Source of the DNA: Takakia lepidozioides
Lineage: Eukaryota; Plantae; Bryophyta
Length of the DNA stretch: 64,000 bases
Assembly: GCA_030704615.1 (NCBI GenBank)
Contig: CM060733.1
Span: forward strand, 64,728,001 to 64,792,000
Direction of reading: 5' to 3'
The notes beneath the pieces are model-generated. The model saw only the letters and a program-made list of their open reading frames with translations. It was not told the DNA's origin and did not search any database. A program made the position numbers and the translations under genes. Shown here one piece after another: positions 1 to 12,610 of the stretch (its first letter is position 1; each line of letters starts with the position of its first letter).

Positions 1-530
1 CGTTGATCTTGAGTGGTTAAAGACACCTCATTGATTTGTACCACTTTGACAGTGGTATAGAGTGGGTGGTGAAAGACACTGCAGTAATTGGAACCTCTAT
101 TCTAGTGGTCGCTCATGAGTGGTTGCCTACACACCTGTGATTGGTACTTTTGTGGTGATACATGAAAAACTTTAAGTGGTTTGTGCACCTATGACAGACT
201 TTGAAAAACAGACAAGTGTCCAGACCATTGTAGGATGATGCTAATAGCCAACATAGCCAGGTCTTCAATCTCTCATGTTAGTTCTAGAATATTATGTGGT
301 TAAAGACACCTCAGTGATTAGTACCACTTGGACAGTGGTACATAGTGAGTGGTTAAAGACACCGCAGTGATTGATATCACTTGGACGGTGGTAGATTGTG
401 AGTGGTTAAAGACACCTCAGTGATTGGTACCACTCTTGTGGTGATACATGAAAATGTTTCAGTGGTTTGTGCACCTGTGGAAGACTTTAAAAACATACAA
501 GTGTCCAAATCATTGTAGGATGATGCTATT
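1..530. repeat. Degenerate tandem repeats (~55-bp units, AGTGGTTAAAGACACC...GTACCACT), probably CACTA-type subterminal/internal repeats
   Basis: GTGGTTAAAGACACC-like units recur several times; the ACCACT/AGTGGT motif is shared with the CACTA terminus at 2500-2797. Confidence 0.55.
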
Positions 531-1433
531 GAACAGATGGTTCCAAACAATCAACTTTATTCTGAATCTGAATCACAGTATTCATTCTCTGAAGCACTTT
601 CCTCAACTGGAACAATGTTTGGTCATACAAAACTAGCTTGAAATATGGTAGCCAACATAGCCAGCTCTTCTCCACTTAGAGCCGTGGCACCATCTAATGA
701 CCTAGGTATGGGCTGATCTGATAAGGTAGAGGGTGCCCGTAGACCATCAAAATTTGTATTTTCTCCAATGTCCAAACTTCAACGATGAATTTTATTATGA
801 AAATAAATTAAGCCAGTTCCAAAAATACAAAATTTCGAAATAATTGAACTCACTACAAAGCTTGACAATAGTTGTTTACATTTCATTCAAATTTTTATAT
901 GTCACATCTAGTAGATAAGCCTGATTTGTGAGCTGTAGCTCTTAGGTGTTTCCCTTTATTTATTTATTTATTAAAAATAGATAATCTAATATACTTTGGA
1001 AAAATCTATAGACTTTTTGCAAGAGCCCAAAAATGAGGTGTAGGTGGGTAGCATTGTAAGCCCTGAAGCTATCCCCCCAAAAACTACGTCAAACAGGTTT
1101 CATATGACCCGGATATGGCCAAACATGCATTACATAATTTAAATTTGGCCATATTAATTAGTTCGTTTTGGCCTGCCTTTATCGATTGCTACTACCACTT
1201 CATATAAAAGTTAACATTGTACTCATTACAATAAAGTGAAATTCACATACCATACCACATATAAAAAGGACGTAGCAGGATTTGAGCCCCAAACCACTAG
1301 GGTAACAAAAAATGTACTATCCAATAAAAGTTCACAATAATTCAAAATGGAATTAGGGTTGCGGGGTTGTGTGTTGAACGATGAGTCTTAGACTTGGTCG
1401 TTTTCTTTGTTTGTGTTGTGGGATGATTTGCAG

Positions 1434-2090
1434 GTGCATAGCTAGGGTCCGAGATGGAAGCTTTGGAGACCACCTGCGCTCAAGCGATGCGGGGAGGGTT
1501 GAGTTCGACAGCTTTGGAGACATGCGCGCAATTGATGCGGGGAGGGTTGAAACTCGATAGCTTCCTAGCTTTTTCATACGGCCCTCAATATCGTCCTCTC
1601 TATCCTCCTCTCTACCCCATCTTTATTTCACATTGTCTGCTTATCCTTAGTCCACGCCCAAGTGCTCTCCAACTCTCCATCAATCTCGCTCCCACCCTCT
1701 TCATTTCTCATGCTTTTGTTGTAGTAGGTCGCTCAAGGCTTGGGTCTTCTGTTGCCGGTTCTTTAGGGGCACCATTGCCAGGAAGTTGTATTCTAGGGCT
1801 CAGCCATTTATATATTCATAAAGGGAAAAGAAGTCCATGGTGACATCGTCAAGGCTGGAATAGTACCAGATGTCATTTTAGTGAACAATACCCTTGTTGA
1901 TATGTATGCCAAATGTGGGAGCACTGTGGATGCAAAGGAAGTGTTTGATAGGCAAACGAGATATGGTGTTCTGGAGTGCTATGATTGCAGGACATGCACA
2001 ACATGGATATGGGGGATGGAGGCTTTGGAGACCTGTGAGCAAATGCACATCAGCAGGGGGTGAAGCCAGACCGAGTCACATTCATTTCTG
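1434..2090 (+). pseudogene. Fragmented PLS-class PPR coding sequence
   Basis: MEALET, NNTLVDMYAKCGSTVDAKEVFD and WSAMIAGHAQHG occur in different frames, interrupted by an unrelated segment (~1560-1815). Confidence 0.8.
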
Positions 2091-2499
2091 TTGGACATGC
2101 ACAACAATAAACTTTATTCTGAATCTGAAACATATTTGTCACCCTCTGAATCACTTTCCTCAAAGTAGGGTGATGAAGATATGCTAGCATTTAGAGCCAT
2201 AAAGATTTTCAAGGGGTTGTGGTCTGCCCCCAGTATAACTACACTTGTTATTCAAGTTTCCAAACATTCAGCTACTTTGATGGGCCTATCTTCTTGCCAA
2301 TTCCTCTATTTGTGGTGTGCTATGGCTTGGCATATTTCTAACAACTAGTGTGATCAACATATGGTGGCCTTCAGAGCTTTGGAATTTCTTAAGGGGTTGT
2401 GGTCTGGCCCCCAGCAGATCTGCACGTGTCTATACTGAGAGTGTCGCCACGTGTTGACATAATCTCCAATATCATCCACGGACCACCGGCTTACACGTG

Positions 2500-2797
2500 T
2501 CCACTAGAAAACGGAATTGGTTACTTTACCACTATGACATGTTAATTTACCACTGTGACACGTCATAAGTGGTTGGTTTACCTCAGTGACACGTCATTGA
2601 CACGTCACAGTGGTTAATTTACCACCATGACACGTCAGCGAATAGGTGGACCCATACGTAAGTGGTTCGAACCACTGTCCTTAACCACTGGTGCCACGTA
2701 ATGTCTTTTACCATTCACTTGCCAGAGTGGTTTAGTGTTTTTTACTACTCAAAATGAGTGGTTAACAGAGTGGTTATTCCGCGTTTTCCTTCTAGTG
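2500..2797 (-). mobile_element. CACTA (En/Spm) element terminus with subterminal repeats
   Basis: Reverse complement reads CACTAGAAGGAAAACGCGG from 2797, preceded by many ACCACT/AGTGGT and GACACGTCA repeats. Confidence 0.65.
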
Positions 2798-2900
2798 ATA
2801 TATAATGGCTAATAGATGAGTTCCAGTGGGGAGGCGTAGAAGTGGGTGGGAGTCGTCAGGCGATTTTTGTTGGGTGAGGATAAGTATTGTGAGGGCATAC

Positions 2901-3896
2901 TGATGAGCCCTGGTCGCACGCGGCCAGGGTGACGGCATACTAGCCTAGGGGGTCGTGGCAAGTTGCGGTGTAGGTTGGGCTGAACGAACCGCCTACCCGG
3001 CTGCGGTAAGCGCAGGGGTCCGTGGCAGCTATGGATGGATCTAAACAGTCTAACTTCCTACCGGCAAAGCAAAACTTAACAACTCCACTTCACAGGGCGA
3101 TTTGCGTTTCCTAGTCCTACATTTTGTTTATGGGTTTTCTACGTCTTTAATCGTAATTGTCTTCCAAGTCTTTGTTTATTACTGCTTCCTACGTGCCTGG
3201 ACTCCCAACACGCTTATAGCCGTGACGAACCTTCAAATCCCTTCACAAAACAAATCCCGAGCCCAGGGAGACGGGGATCATCTATCTCCTGCCCAATGCC
3301 GCCCCCTAAATCTCGAGGTGGATTAGTGTCCTACCTCCTAGGAAGGGACCGGATCCGCTTTCCCAAGTCAGTCTCTCCTGCTTAGAGCGATCCAAAATTC
3401 AACCTCAATGGTCAATCCATCGGGTGAATGATAACAATTCAAATCTCTAGGTGATTCCCGAGATCTAATAAAACAATGGCCGTTCCTTGGCCCCCCAGCG
3501 GCCGGGTACTTGATCTCAAATATCAGCCCCTGGCGGGGTCCGTCGTAATATCCAGCGGTTAGAACCGATACCCCGCGGCCAGCGCTACGTGGCGCGGTGC
3601 GACTGGCCCGCCGTCTGCGCTAGTCGAGTGGGTAATAGTAGGCTCTGTCGTCTTTGCCGCTCGTGTCGTACCTGTGCGGGCCCAGCTATGGCGCCTGGTG
3701 TTGCCACGCAGTGTACCAGCAACCCGTACTTTGCTCCAGGGGTCAACTCCCCCCACGGGGGAAGGCCGCGCCACCCGTGTTAGATGCGCCTTTTCATGGC
3801 GATTCTAGGCAACCTCTTTGGTTGACCTCCAGCCCAAAGGCGCCTAAGGCGCCGGCACTTTAGTGTTGGGCTCTGCCTTTTTTGGCAACTCTCTCA
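2901..3896. mobile_element. ~1-kb solo-LTR-like element (TG...CA)
   Basis: Starts TGATGAGCCC and ends CTCTCTCA; a homologous copy is present as two halves at 33562-34172 and 53314-53668; no TSD found. Confidence 0.6.
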
Positions 3897-6350
3897 GTTT
3901 GCCAGGTGTTGCCTTTTGACGGGTATCCAGTCCATTTACAGTGGTAATAAGTGTCTATAGTTGTAGCTCCGAAGGAGTCGGTCAAAGTTTGGGTTTTGAT
4001 GCTAGTGAAAGCTTCAATAACATTCTGGGTTTTCAGAGTTGTGTGGTTGGGTAATGGGAGATGGTGTTGATGGTGGTTGTGGACGAGGGGTTGTGTTCAA
4101 TAGGTCAGTTGTGGTAGGGGTGTTTTGGCGGTTATCTTGAAGTGGTGTGACGGGATGGTAGGGTGGTGGCTGATGTTGTGGGGTAGAGACGGGGGGGGGG
4201 GGGGGGGGGGGCATTGTCATTATTGGCGTATGTCAATTTAAGCTGTTGGATGGAGGGTGCGGGATCTGATCGGTATTGGGGGAGTAGGTCTTGGGAAGTG
4301 TGGGGGAAGTGTGGATATGGGATTCTGCAGTCAACAGTGCATGACGGGGAGGGGTGACAGAATAGGGTGCGGAGGAAGTGTAGGTATTGACAGGTGCTGA
4401 TTGTAGCTTTGGAGTATTTGAGGGTGAATTCTTTAGGTGTGAGGAGTTTGTATCCAGTTGCGGCGGTGAGTTGGATGAGAGTGGTGATGTGTCACTCTCG
4501 GAAGTAGGAGAGGGTGGGGGTTCTTTGTTTAGGGTGAAAGTGGTCAAATTGGGAGAGGAATGGGCTGGTGAGCCACGCGCGTTCTAATTGTGATGAGGTG
4601 TTGGGGTAGTTTGGTAAATCGGTTGTATACTAATGTTCATTTGTCGGAGAATGAGCAATGTTCGTGCTGTAGGGGAGTGTAGGCAAGCCTGTGGGTGTAG
4701 TGATGGGAGAGAGTACAACAATTGTATTTGAGGGCCAGAAATTTGAGGAGTCCTTGAAAGATGGTGCCTAAGCGACCTGGGTTTATTTGTGTGCCAAGTG
4801 TGCGGGCATAGGAGATGATTAGGGGGCTAGATCCAATACCGTAGCATTCAGTGGGGAGTTGGGTAAGGGCATTAGGAGTGCTAGTTGGTAGTCCGCATAC
4901 CCGTTTTGTGAGTTGGACAATACTTTTGTCAAGTTTTTTTTTATGTCTGGTAAGGAGAAGGGGGCGGCATGAAATGAGTATCGGACTTGGGTTTTGAAAA
5001 CTGATTCCGTGTGATGAAATCTCATTCTCCCCCACGCCTCTTTCTTGCTGGTCAATTGCCAACAACCCTTTACATGATGAGATACCTGGTCTCCAGACAT
5101 GATTTCTTGTGCAGTTGTGCTCCTTTCCCATTTCATTGTCTCTCAAATGGTACTTCATAGTATCACATGCAAGACAACATGTCAATCTCTCATGATTGTG
5201 CTTTCTTGTTTTCTGCTCTTCCATGGATCCATCCCTAGTCAGGATATTGTTGGATTGAGGTGCTAACCCTTTGCCCTTTGTGAAATCGGGGAGTAGTGGT
5301 AGTCGGCGAGTATATGTTGGAATTGGTGGTGCTGGATGAATTTTGCCCATGTATGGTCCGTTGGGGATGGCGGTTAGTGTGTGCCATTGTAAGTGTGGCC
5401 GAGGAGAGCCATGTCCCTGTTAAAATCTCCAGCTACTATGATGTTGTGGTATTGTGCTAATGGTTGGGTGACGGTGTCGGAGATGGTCTGTAGAATGTCT
5501 GGGATCAACGAGAGGTCGTCGGGGTGTGATGACATGTATAGATGAATAAGGGTGATGGGGGGAAGAGCAGGTAAGTGTATTTGTATGATTTGGAGGTGTG
5601 AGCGTAGGGGGATAAGTATAGTTGTTTTGGCGGTGGTGTTGGGGGAGTGGTGTGTGCGGAGGATGCCTAGAGCGACACCTCCTCGGGAGGGGTGATACGG
5701 GGCGGATCGTCTGGAAAGGCATTGTGTGGCTGTGAGGGGGTTGCCATATAACATATGATATGTCGGGAGAAGTTTGTTTAAGTATGAGCTATTGAGGGTG
5801 TTGGTGTTGAGCTTAGTTTCTTGTAGGAGGATGATATGTGGGGAGACAGATTCGGAGAGGAGGTGTATGAGACTTTGGATGCTTGTAGCTACAGGATCCC
5901 ACGTTCCAGGTGGTGATGTAGAGGGAGTGTGCATGTTGGGTAGGGGTCATATGGGAAGGGCTAGGTGTCCCGTTAGGTGGAGGTATGTTGGTAGGGTTGA
6001 GGGTTTGGCGGGGGGGGGAGGTGGGGTGTGGATGGGGAGGGGGTTGTGGTCTGGGCGATGGTTGGTATCCGGGAATTGGAGAGTGGGCTTGGAGGGTGGC
6101 TTTGAGAATGTTGTCGGACAAGAATGGGAACTTGTGAATAGTAGTACTGAGGTCTTGGGTAGGGTCGGAAAGGTGGTCGCTTAATATTCTATGGGCATGC
6201 CCGGGGGTTGATTGGAGGAGTTGAAGCGACTCATGCAGTTCTGATATGTAGTGAGAGGTGCTATATAGTTTTTGGGATGGGTTGGGAGTTGCTGTAGTTG
6301 GTGTAGAAATGCACGGACTTGTGATTCTGTGTGGGTCCTGAGGTAGTCGT
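3897..6350 (-). mobile_element. Degenerate non-LTR retrotransposon (LINE) with APE endonuclease and a C-terminal chromodomain-like segment
   Basis: APE motifs TWNVG, IILLQETK, RGGVAL, IVAGDFN (5374-5934); post-RT-like GLPTSTPNAL...YGIG; YYHCKWTGYPSKGNTWQ at ~3897-4025; RT core missing. Confidence 0.7.
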
Positions 6351-6400
6351 TACATATGGTAGGTAGTGGGGAGATGGTGATGATTAAGGAGAATAAAATA

Positions 6401-7045
6401 GGACAGCTATTGGCTGTGGCACCTTATTGTAGACACAAGCTGTATCAAGCAATCAATCGAATTGCCCAAGAGACAGGAAATACAGACCTGAACAGCAAGG
6501 TGACCAGTTATAATGTGAAGCCGGAAGGGCGAGAAACAGTCATGGACTTTGATGATTCTATGCCAGTAATCCAATTGAGAATTGGAAGCACAAAACTAAC
6601 TGATGTACTGATAGATGGAGGCTCTGGAATAAATATCATGATAGACCAATTAAGGAAGAAGCTTGGTCTAAGTAACATGAAACCAGCCCCATTTACAGTA
6701 ACAATGGCAGATCAAAGAAGTGTACAGCCATTGGGATTGATAAGAGGAGTTAAGATACAGATACAGAAGATGATCTTTATAATCACAGTAACTGTGTTGA
6801 AGATGGATGAAGTTATGGAGGCTTACTCCTTATTATTGGGACGTTCGTGGTTGAAACAGGCCAGGGTATTCCATGACTGGAATTCTCAGTTACTAACTGT
6901 GCATAATGGGATGCACGAGATACAAATTACCACTAAGAAATCTAGTAGATTACCTGCTACGAGAAGACCTCGAGGGGTCAGAGAGTATGACTGGAGGGGA
7001 GGACTGGATTAGGAGCAGGAAGCTACCCTGTTCGCTGCACACCTA
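6401..7045 (+). mobile_element. Ty3/Gypsy aspartic protease fragment (same family as 7433-12197)
   Basis: VLIDGGSGINIM...LLGRSWL; near-identical to the protease regions at ~11290-11685 and 47557-48150. Confidence 0.85.
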
Positions 7046-7049
7046 GAGT

Positions 7050-7432
7050 CAGACCTTCTGTGTAAGTCCAAGGTGTGGGTATGGAACACCTTTTGTGGCC
7101 AAGCTTTTGCCGAGTTGAAGTAGCAAATGGCGGAAGCTCTAGTTTTGAAGATCCTGGAGTTCGACCGTCCGTTTGAGATTCACACAGATGCGTCAGACTT
7201 TGCGATGGGGGGTGTGTTAATGCAAAATGGATGTCCAGTGGTTTACGAAAGTAAAAAACTGAACGAAGTGGAGCGGCGGTGGCCTACGCATGAGAAAGAA
7301 ATGAAAGCGGTGGTGCACTGCCTTAAGCTTTGGCGCCACTATGTTGGTTCCAACCCGGTGAAGGTGTTCACGGACAATGTCACGGTGCCACACAACCTAA
7401 ATTATCCCCAAAACAAATTAGGTGGCAAGACA
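7050..7432 (+). mobile_element. Ty3/Gypsy (chromovirus-like) RNase H fragment
   Basis: FEIHTDASDFAMGGVLMQ...YESKKLNEVERRWPTHEKEM; truncated where the next element starts at 7433. Confidence 0.85.
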
Positions 7433-10400
7433 TGTTAGAGGGCTGCTTGGGACTTAAACGCTTTTACGGGTTCTGTGGGGTACCCTTAATTTTTGCGCAG
7501 ACTGAGACCAACATGAGCCTTAGGGGTGGCAGCAGCAGGCTTTAGGGGGGTTACATAGCCCGACACAACTTCGCACAGCCAGTCACAGCCCGCCACAGCT
7601 TCACACAGCTTTACACAGCCCGCCATAGCTTCGCACAGCTAGTCACAGCCCGACGCAGCTTTACACAGCCAGTCACAGCTCGGCACAGCTTGACACAGTC
7701 CGGCACAGTACATGGGGAACAGTTATCATTGACAGGGAACGACTGTGAGGGAACGACATCTGCAGAGGGAACGTGTTACTTCACGGGTGACGGTTAGTTA
7801 GTTAGGTGGTTAGAATAGCTTGCGGGTAGATTAGGAGAGCGGCAACGGGAAGGGGATCACTTCTGGGGGGAGCGCGACTTGGTGAGGGGAGGAAGAGACG
7901 AAATGGAGAGCAGAACAGTGAAGAGGAGATAATGACTTGATTGAGGCTTAATTCATGCAAGCTGTAGAATCATACAGTAGGGTAGAATAAGGACACCATG
8001 GCATTGGTCTGATACCTGATTAATCTTAATCTGATATTTAAACGATACAATCATATTGTGTAGAGAGACATGAGAGAAGTTGTGGAATGAATGAATGATT
8101 GATTGGAATTTGGGAGATACTGAAGCAATCTGATGCTTCAGTATCCACAGTAAGGTAAATTGAGAACATGAAGGCAAGAAGAAATACAAACAGGAAGCAC
8201 AACCATGATTCACTAGCTGTAGGTCATGACTGATTGTTCTGAGCGGGCTGAGTGCTTAGAGATATCCAACTCTTTTATCTTGGAGTTTCCACCTCGGATA
8301 GCGAAGGGATGGGTGAGTAAAAGCCGCTCGACATTTGGCAACCATACTGGGGAGTTGGGTCATGAACAACCAGATGTGACAGACATCTGGTGGGATCATG
8401 GTGGTTGGAGAATTAAAGAATTTGATGTGAATCAAATTCCCTGTGAAACTGAGAAGGAAAGATTGTCCAAACAATTCTTTCAGAGGTTCTTGGAATTGCC
8501 AGACGGTTGTAAAGAAAACATTCTTAAGAGAGTGCATGATGCTGACCCTGAGTGGGGTCTGGAGAAAGTAGTGATAAAGATTTATCAGGTGGCCTGTAGA
8601 GGAAGAGCACGTTGGTTACCAACACTGGTTTATGTGATAGCATTGTTATCCATTAAGCGAGTAGAGTTTGAAGGCTGGGAGGAAAGGAAGGTGAATGTTT
8701 ATACTCATATGCATGAGGAGCTTGTTCTGGTAAAAAATTGGATTCCAAAGAATATTTTGTGGATCAAACTCACACCAAGAACAGCTTTCCAGACTTGTTT
8801 GCCATATGGTTATATGGTAACGAAGACTTCTAATATAGCCAAGGGTGCATTGAAGCTTGAAAGAAACCCAGGCATATACGAGAGATACTACAGAACAGAG
8901 TTTTGGTTATTGCCACATTAAAGAAATGAAAGACATGGGACGTGAGTGATGAAAGAGAAGCTAGACTCCAGAGATATTCAGCAAAAAGAGAAAGTTATCT
9001 GAAAGCTAATTATCCATATCTTTGGGAGAGAGGAATAGACATAGGGGAATCATCTGGACCTCTCACACCATTAAGATCAGAGAGTACATCACCTATACCG
9101 GAAGAACTAGAGTTGGATGCCACTCCTTCTTTTTCTTTGCAAGAAAAATTAAGGGAATTGGTACAGGAAGAAGATCAACCACGAGGTGAAAGATCTGAGG
9201 TACATCCCTGGATAAAAGATTTGACAGAAATCTTTGATAAGAGTTGGCATGGAACACCAAAAGTAGGAACTCCAGTTTCTGAGACGGAAGACGAAGAAGG
9301 AGGAGAGGATGTGGCAGAACCAACGGAGAGTTCAGACTCTCCAACACCATTGCAATTGAGTTACATGAGTGAAGAAAAAGAAACCCAAGGGCAGAACTTG
9401 GAAGATGAAAACAGAGAGAAGAAAGTGGAAGAGGAAGAGTATGAAGAAGTAGACCCAACAGCTGAGGTTGAGACTACAACCAGGACATCCCAACCCGTTG
9501 GACCTGGATCAAGTGTGGATCACAGGCCAACGAAGGTGTCGGCTCAGGGGATCAGGCGGGCAGCCTGGATCTGGCTCTGGGATGACAGGGAGTGTGGGAA
9601 GTAGTGCAACTGGAGGTGGGAATACTGTGAATATAGTGGGGCCAGTAGCAGGGAATGCTCAGGGGCCAGCACTTGGTGGAAGTACCACCACAACTACAAC
9701 AGGTCCTCAAGGACCAGCACCAGCAAGGGGGCCAGCACCTGTCAGTGGGCAGGGGGTAGGGCCACAGATGGCGTTACAACCAACACGGGCAAAACCATCT
9801 TTTCCAATATATTCAGGAAAAGGGGATCCTGATGTACACATTAGCCAATTTGAGCACATGTGTATTGTGAATAGTGAGAATGGCGATGATGCCAAGATGA
9901 GACTGTTTCATTGTTCACTTATAAAGAAAGCAAGTGAATGGTATGCAAGATTCCCTGATAATCATTTCCTAACCTGGAATGGCTTGAATACAACATTCCG
10001 AAATAGGTTCAGGACAAGTAAAACTGAGGATGAAGTGTATGGAAGTTTACAACAGTTAAAGCAAAAGAAGCATGAAACTGTTGATGAGTATATGGAAAAG
10101 ATGGAATTGATGATGAAAAAGCTGGCTGTTGTACCAGCACCAGGTTTACAGAAGACTTGGTTTGTGAGTGGACTAAGACCAGAGTTGCAAAAGAAAATGG
10201 ATATGTTACCCCATAATACAGTGGAGGAGGCATTTGAAACAGCGAACAGAATTGAGCAATTCGGAATGCTCAGGAGAGAGAAAATGGATGATGAGGACTC
10301 TGAGGATGAGTCAGACGAGGAAGAAGAGCAAGAGCTGAAAATGAAGAGTAAGAGGAAGGAAAAGTTGAAGAGGGATAACTATGAGAAAAGATTAGAAGAA

Positions 10401-12197
10401 ATCTTGAAGAAGTATGCCACAGAGGCTGCAACACATTGGAGGAAGGGTGTTTGGTGTGCAAAGTGCCAGAATGAAGGCCATACCACCACTGAATGCCACA
10501 TGAAGGAGAAACACTGTACTATCTGTAAAATGGATAACTATTCTACTGAGAATTGTTACTACAACAGAAAGACAGCAGCAAGAGAACCTAGGCAAGTAAG
10601 GGTGCATCAAGTGCAGCCCCAGCCAAGAAGAAACAGTGATCAGGACCACTATGGTAGGCCTGGTGGTTATAACAATGGCATGGAAGGGAGAGGTAATTCA
10701 AGAGGGAATTACTAAGGAAATTCCAGAAGCAACTATCAGGGTAATCCAAGGGGGAATTACCAGCCAGGGAATCAGGTTTACAGAAACAATCCCAGAACAG
10801 ACCAAGGGCGAGGACCTAATGGGGAAGAACTGTGTTACTATTGTAATCAGGCAGGACATTGCAAAGCAGCCTGTCCATTCTGGATCAGACACCAGAATGA
10901 GATGAGAGCTCCTGTGAATGAGGGGCCAGTGGTGGCAGCTCACATGGTTAGGCCATGTGTTGTACCAGAAGTAAGTACAATGATAATAACGAGAAGCAAA
11001 GCCAACTAATACCTCCAGTAGATGAGGAAGGTGATGATAATGAAGATGGCAGTGATGTGCCTAAAGATGATGAGGCATGGAGAGATGAGAAGGAACTGCA
11101 CAATGAAGTGGCAGATACCATAAGAGAAATGCAGAAGAGTACTGATATTCCTATGGCAAATTCCTCTGATTCTGAAAGAGAAGATGAAGTGAGTGAGGAT
11201 GAAGGGAAGAAAGAAGCTGCAGAAATGCAGAGTAATGAAGGGACTTTGGCTGAAGTAATATGCCAGTCCAAAGCGGAGATTACCATTGGACAACTATTGG
11301 CTGTGGCACCTTATTGTAGACACAAGCTGTATCAAGCAATCAATCGAATTGCCCATGTGACAGGGAACACAGACCTGAACAGCAAGGTGACCAGTTATAA
11401 TGTGAAGCTGGAAGGGCGAGAAACAGTCATGGACTTTGATGATTCTATGCCAGTAATCCAATTGAGAATTAGAAGCACAGAACTAACTGATGTACTGATA
11501 GATGAAGGCTCTGGAGTGAATATCATGACAGACCAATTAAGGCAGAAGCTTGGTCTAAGTAACATGAAACCAGCCCCATTTGCAGTAACAATGGCAGATC
11601 AAAGAAGTGTACAGCCATTGGGATTGATAAGAGGAGTTAAGATACAGATTCAAAAGATAATATTTATGATCACAGTAACTGTGTACCAATTGAAGGTGAA
11701 ACAAGCAGTTACCCACCACATTTCTATGAAGAAAGAGAGGGAGAAATGGAAATCCTAGAGGAACCAGCCACTGTGAGTTTACAGGATGAAGTGGTGACAG
11801 GATGGACAATCACAGCTGATGAGCAGGTGAGAGAAGTGAATGTGGGAACTGAAGGGGAGCTGAGGATGGTGAAGGTAGGGGTTGATTTGGAGCCAAAATT
11901 CTTTGAGGAAGCTAAAAGTCTGTTCATCAAATACAGAGATGTATTTGCTTGGAGCTACGAGGATCTGAATGGGATACCACCTGAGATCTGTCAGCATAAG
12001 ATTGAACTGGAACCAGGGTCAGTACCAATTAAACAGGCAAGGTACAGAATGAATCCCAATTATGCACAGAAGGTTGGAGAAGAGATCAAGAAGTTGGCTG
12101 AGGCTAAGTTTATATACCCGACAACTTGGTTGTCACCCATTGTGATAGTTCCCAAGAAGAATGGTAAACTGAGAGTTTGTGTGAACTATAAGAAGTT
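7433..12197 (+). mobile_element. 3'-truncated Ty3/Gypsy LTR retrotransposon (non-chromovirus, Athila/Tat-like): 5' LTR, extra ORF, gag, protease, start of RT
   Basis: LTR starts TGTTAGAGGG (7433 to ~7980, end uncertain); gag 9468-10960 with retrotransposon-gag core and three CCHC-type knuckles; protease; RT start WLSPIVIVPKKNGKLRVCVNY; stops, frameshifts and an internal deletion. Confidence 0.9.
8226..8921 (+). CDS. Extra 231-aa ORF upstream of gag in the Gypsy element, function unknown
   Basis: Uninterrupted ATG-to-stop ORF between the LTR and gag; its 5' part is also present in the copy at ~49230-49340. Confidence 0.55.
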   Translation: MTDCSERAECLEISNSFILEFPPRIAKGWVSKSRSTFGNHTGELGHEQPDVTDIWWDHGGWRIKEFDVNQIPCETEKERLSKQFFQRFLELPDGCKENILKRVHDADPEWGLEKVVIKIYQVACRGRARWLPTLVYVIALLSIKRVEFEGWEERKVNVYTHMHEELVLVKNWIPKNILWIKLTPRTAFQTCLPYGYMVTKTSNIAKGALKLERNPGIYERYYRTEFWLLPH

Positions 12198-12499
12198 AAA
12201 AAAAATTGGCCTATTTTTCAGTTTATTTTTAGAAAAATAGAGAGTAGTATACGTAACATTTTTAGTAAAGAATCCCCCCAAATATTGAAGACATTGTTTA
12301 CTAGACATTTTAATATTTAATTTAAAAACACATTTAGACGTCAAAACTTAGAGTTTACAACCGTTTGCCCGTATACCACTTGGCCCATCTAGATTATAGG
12401 TTTGTGTGCCTTCTTAGTAAAAGATGATACCCCAAAAACCCAAAACATAAGATGCTATGGACTAGAGCAAATCGACTTGTTTTTATTTGTAAAATAGTT

Positions 12500-12610
12500 C
12501 ATAGCTCTCGAGAGAGAGAGATGACTCCGGCCGAAGCCGGCATAACTAAGAGCCACTTCGCCTTGCGGCTACTGCCCCTTTTCAGGGGTGGGCCCTATGA
12601 CATAGCTCTC
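12500..12610 (-). mobile_element. 91-bp retroposon 3' fragment with (TC)n tail and 10-bp TSD
   Basis: CATAGCTCTC at 12500-12509 and 12601-12610 flanks the insert; (GA)n run at its left end. Confidence 0.7.

Noticed and set aside
2502-2797. Self-contained mini-CACTA (CACTAGAA at both ends)
   Set aside because: Flanks GTC and ATA are not a 3-bp TSD.
2900-2945. CTGATGAG plus hairpin resembling a hammerhead ribozyme, or a Helitron 3' end (hairpin plus CTAG)
   Set aside because: No GAAA after stem II, CTAG is not followed by T, and homology continues past it; it is the start of the LTR-like repeat.
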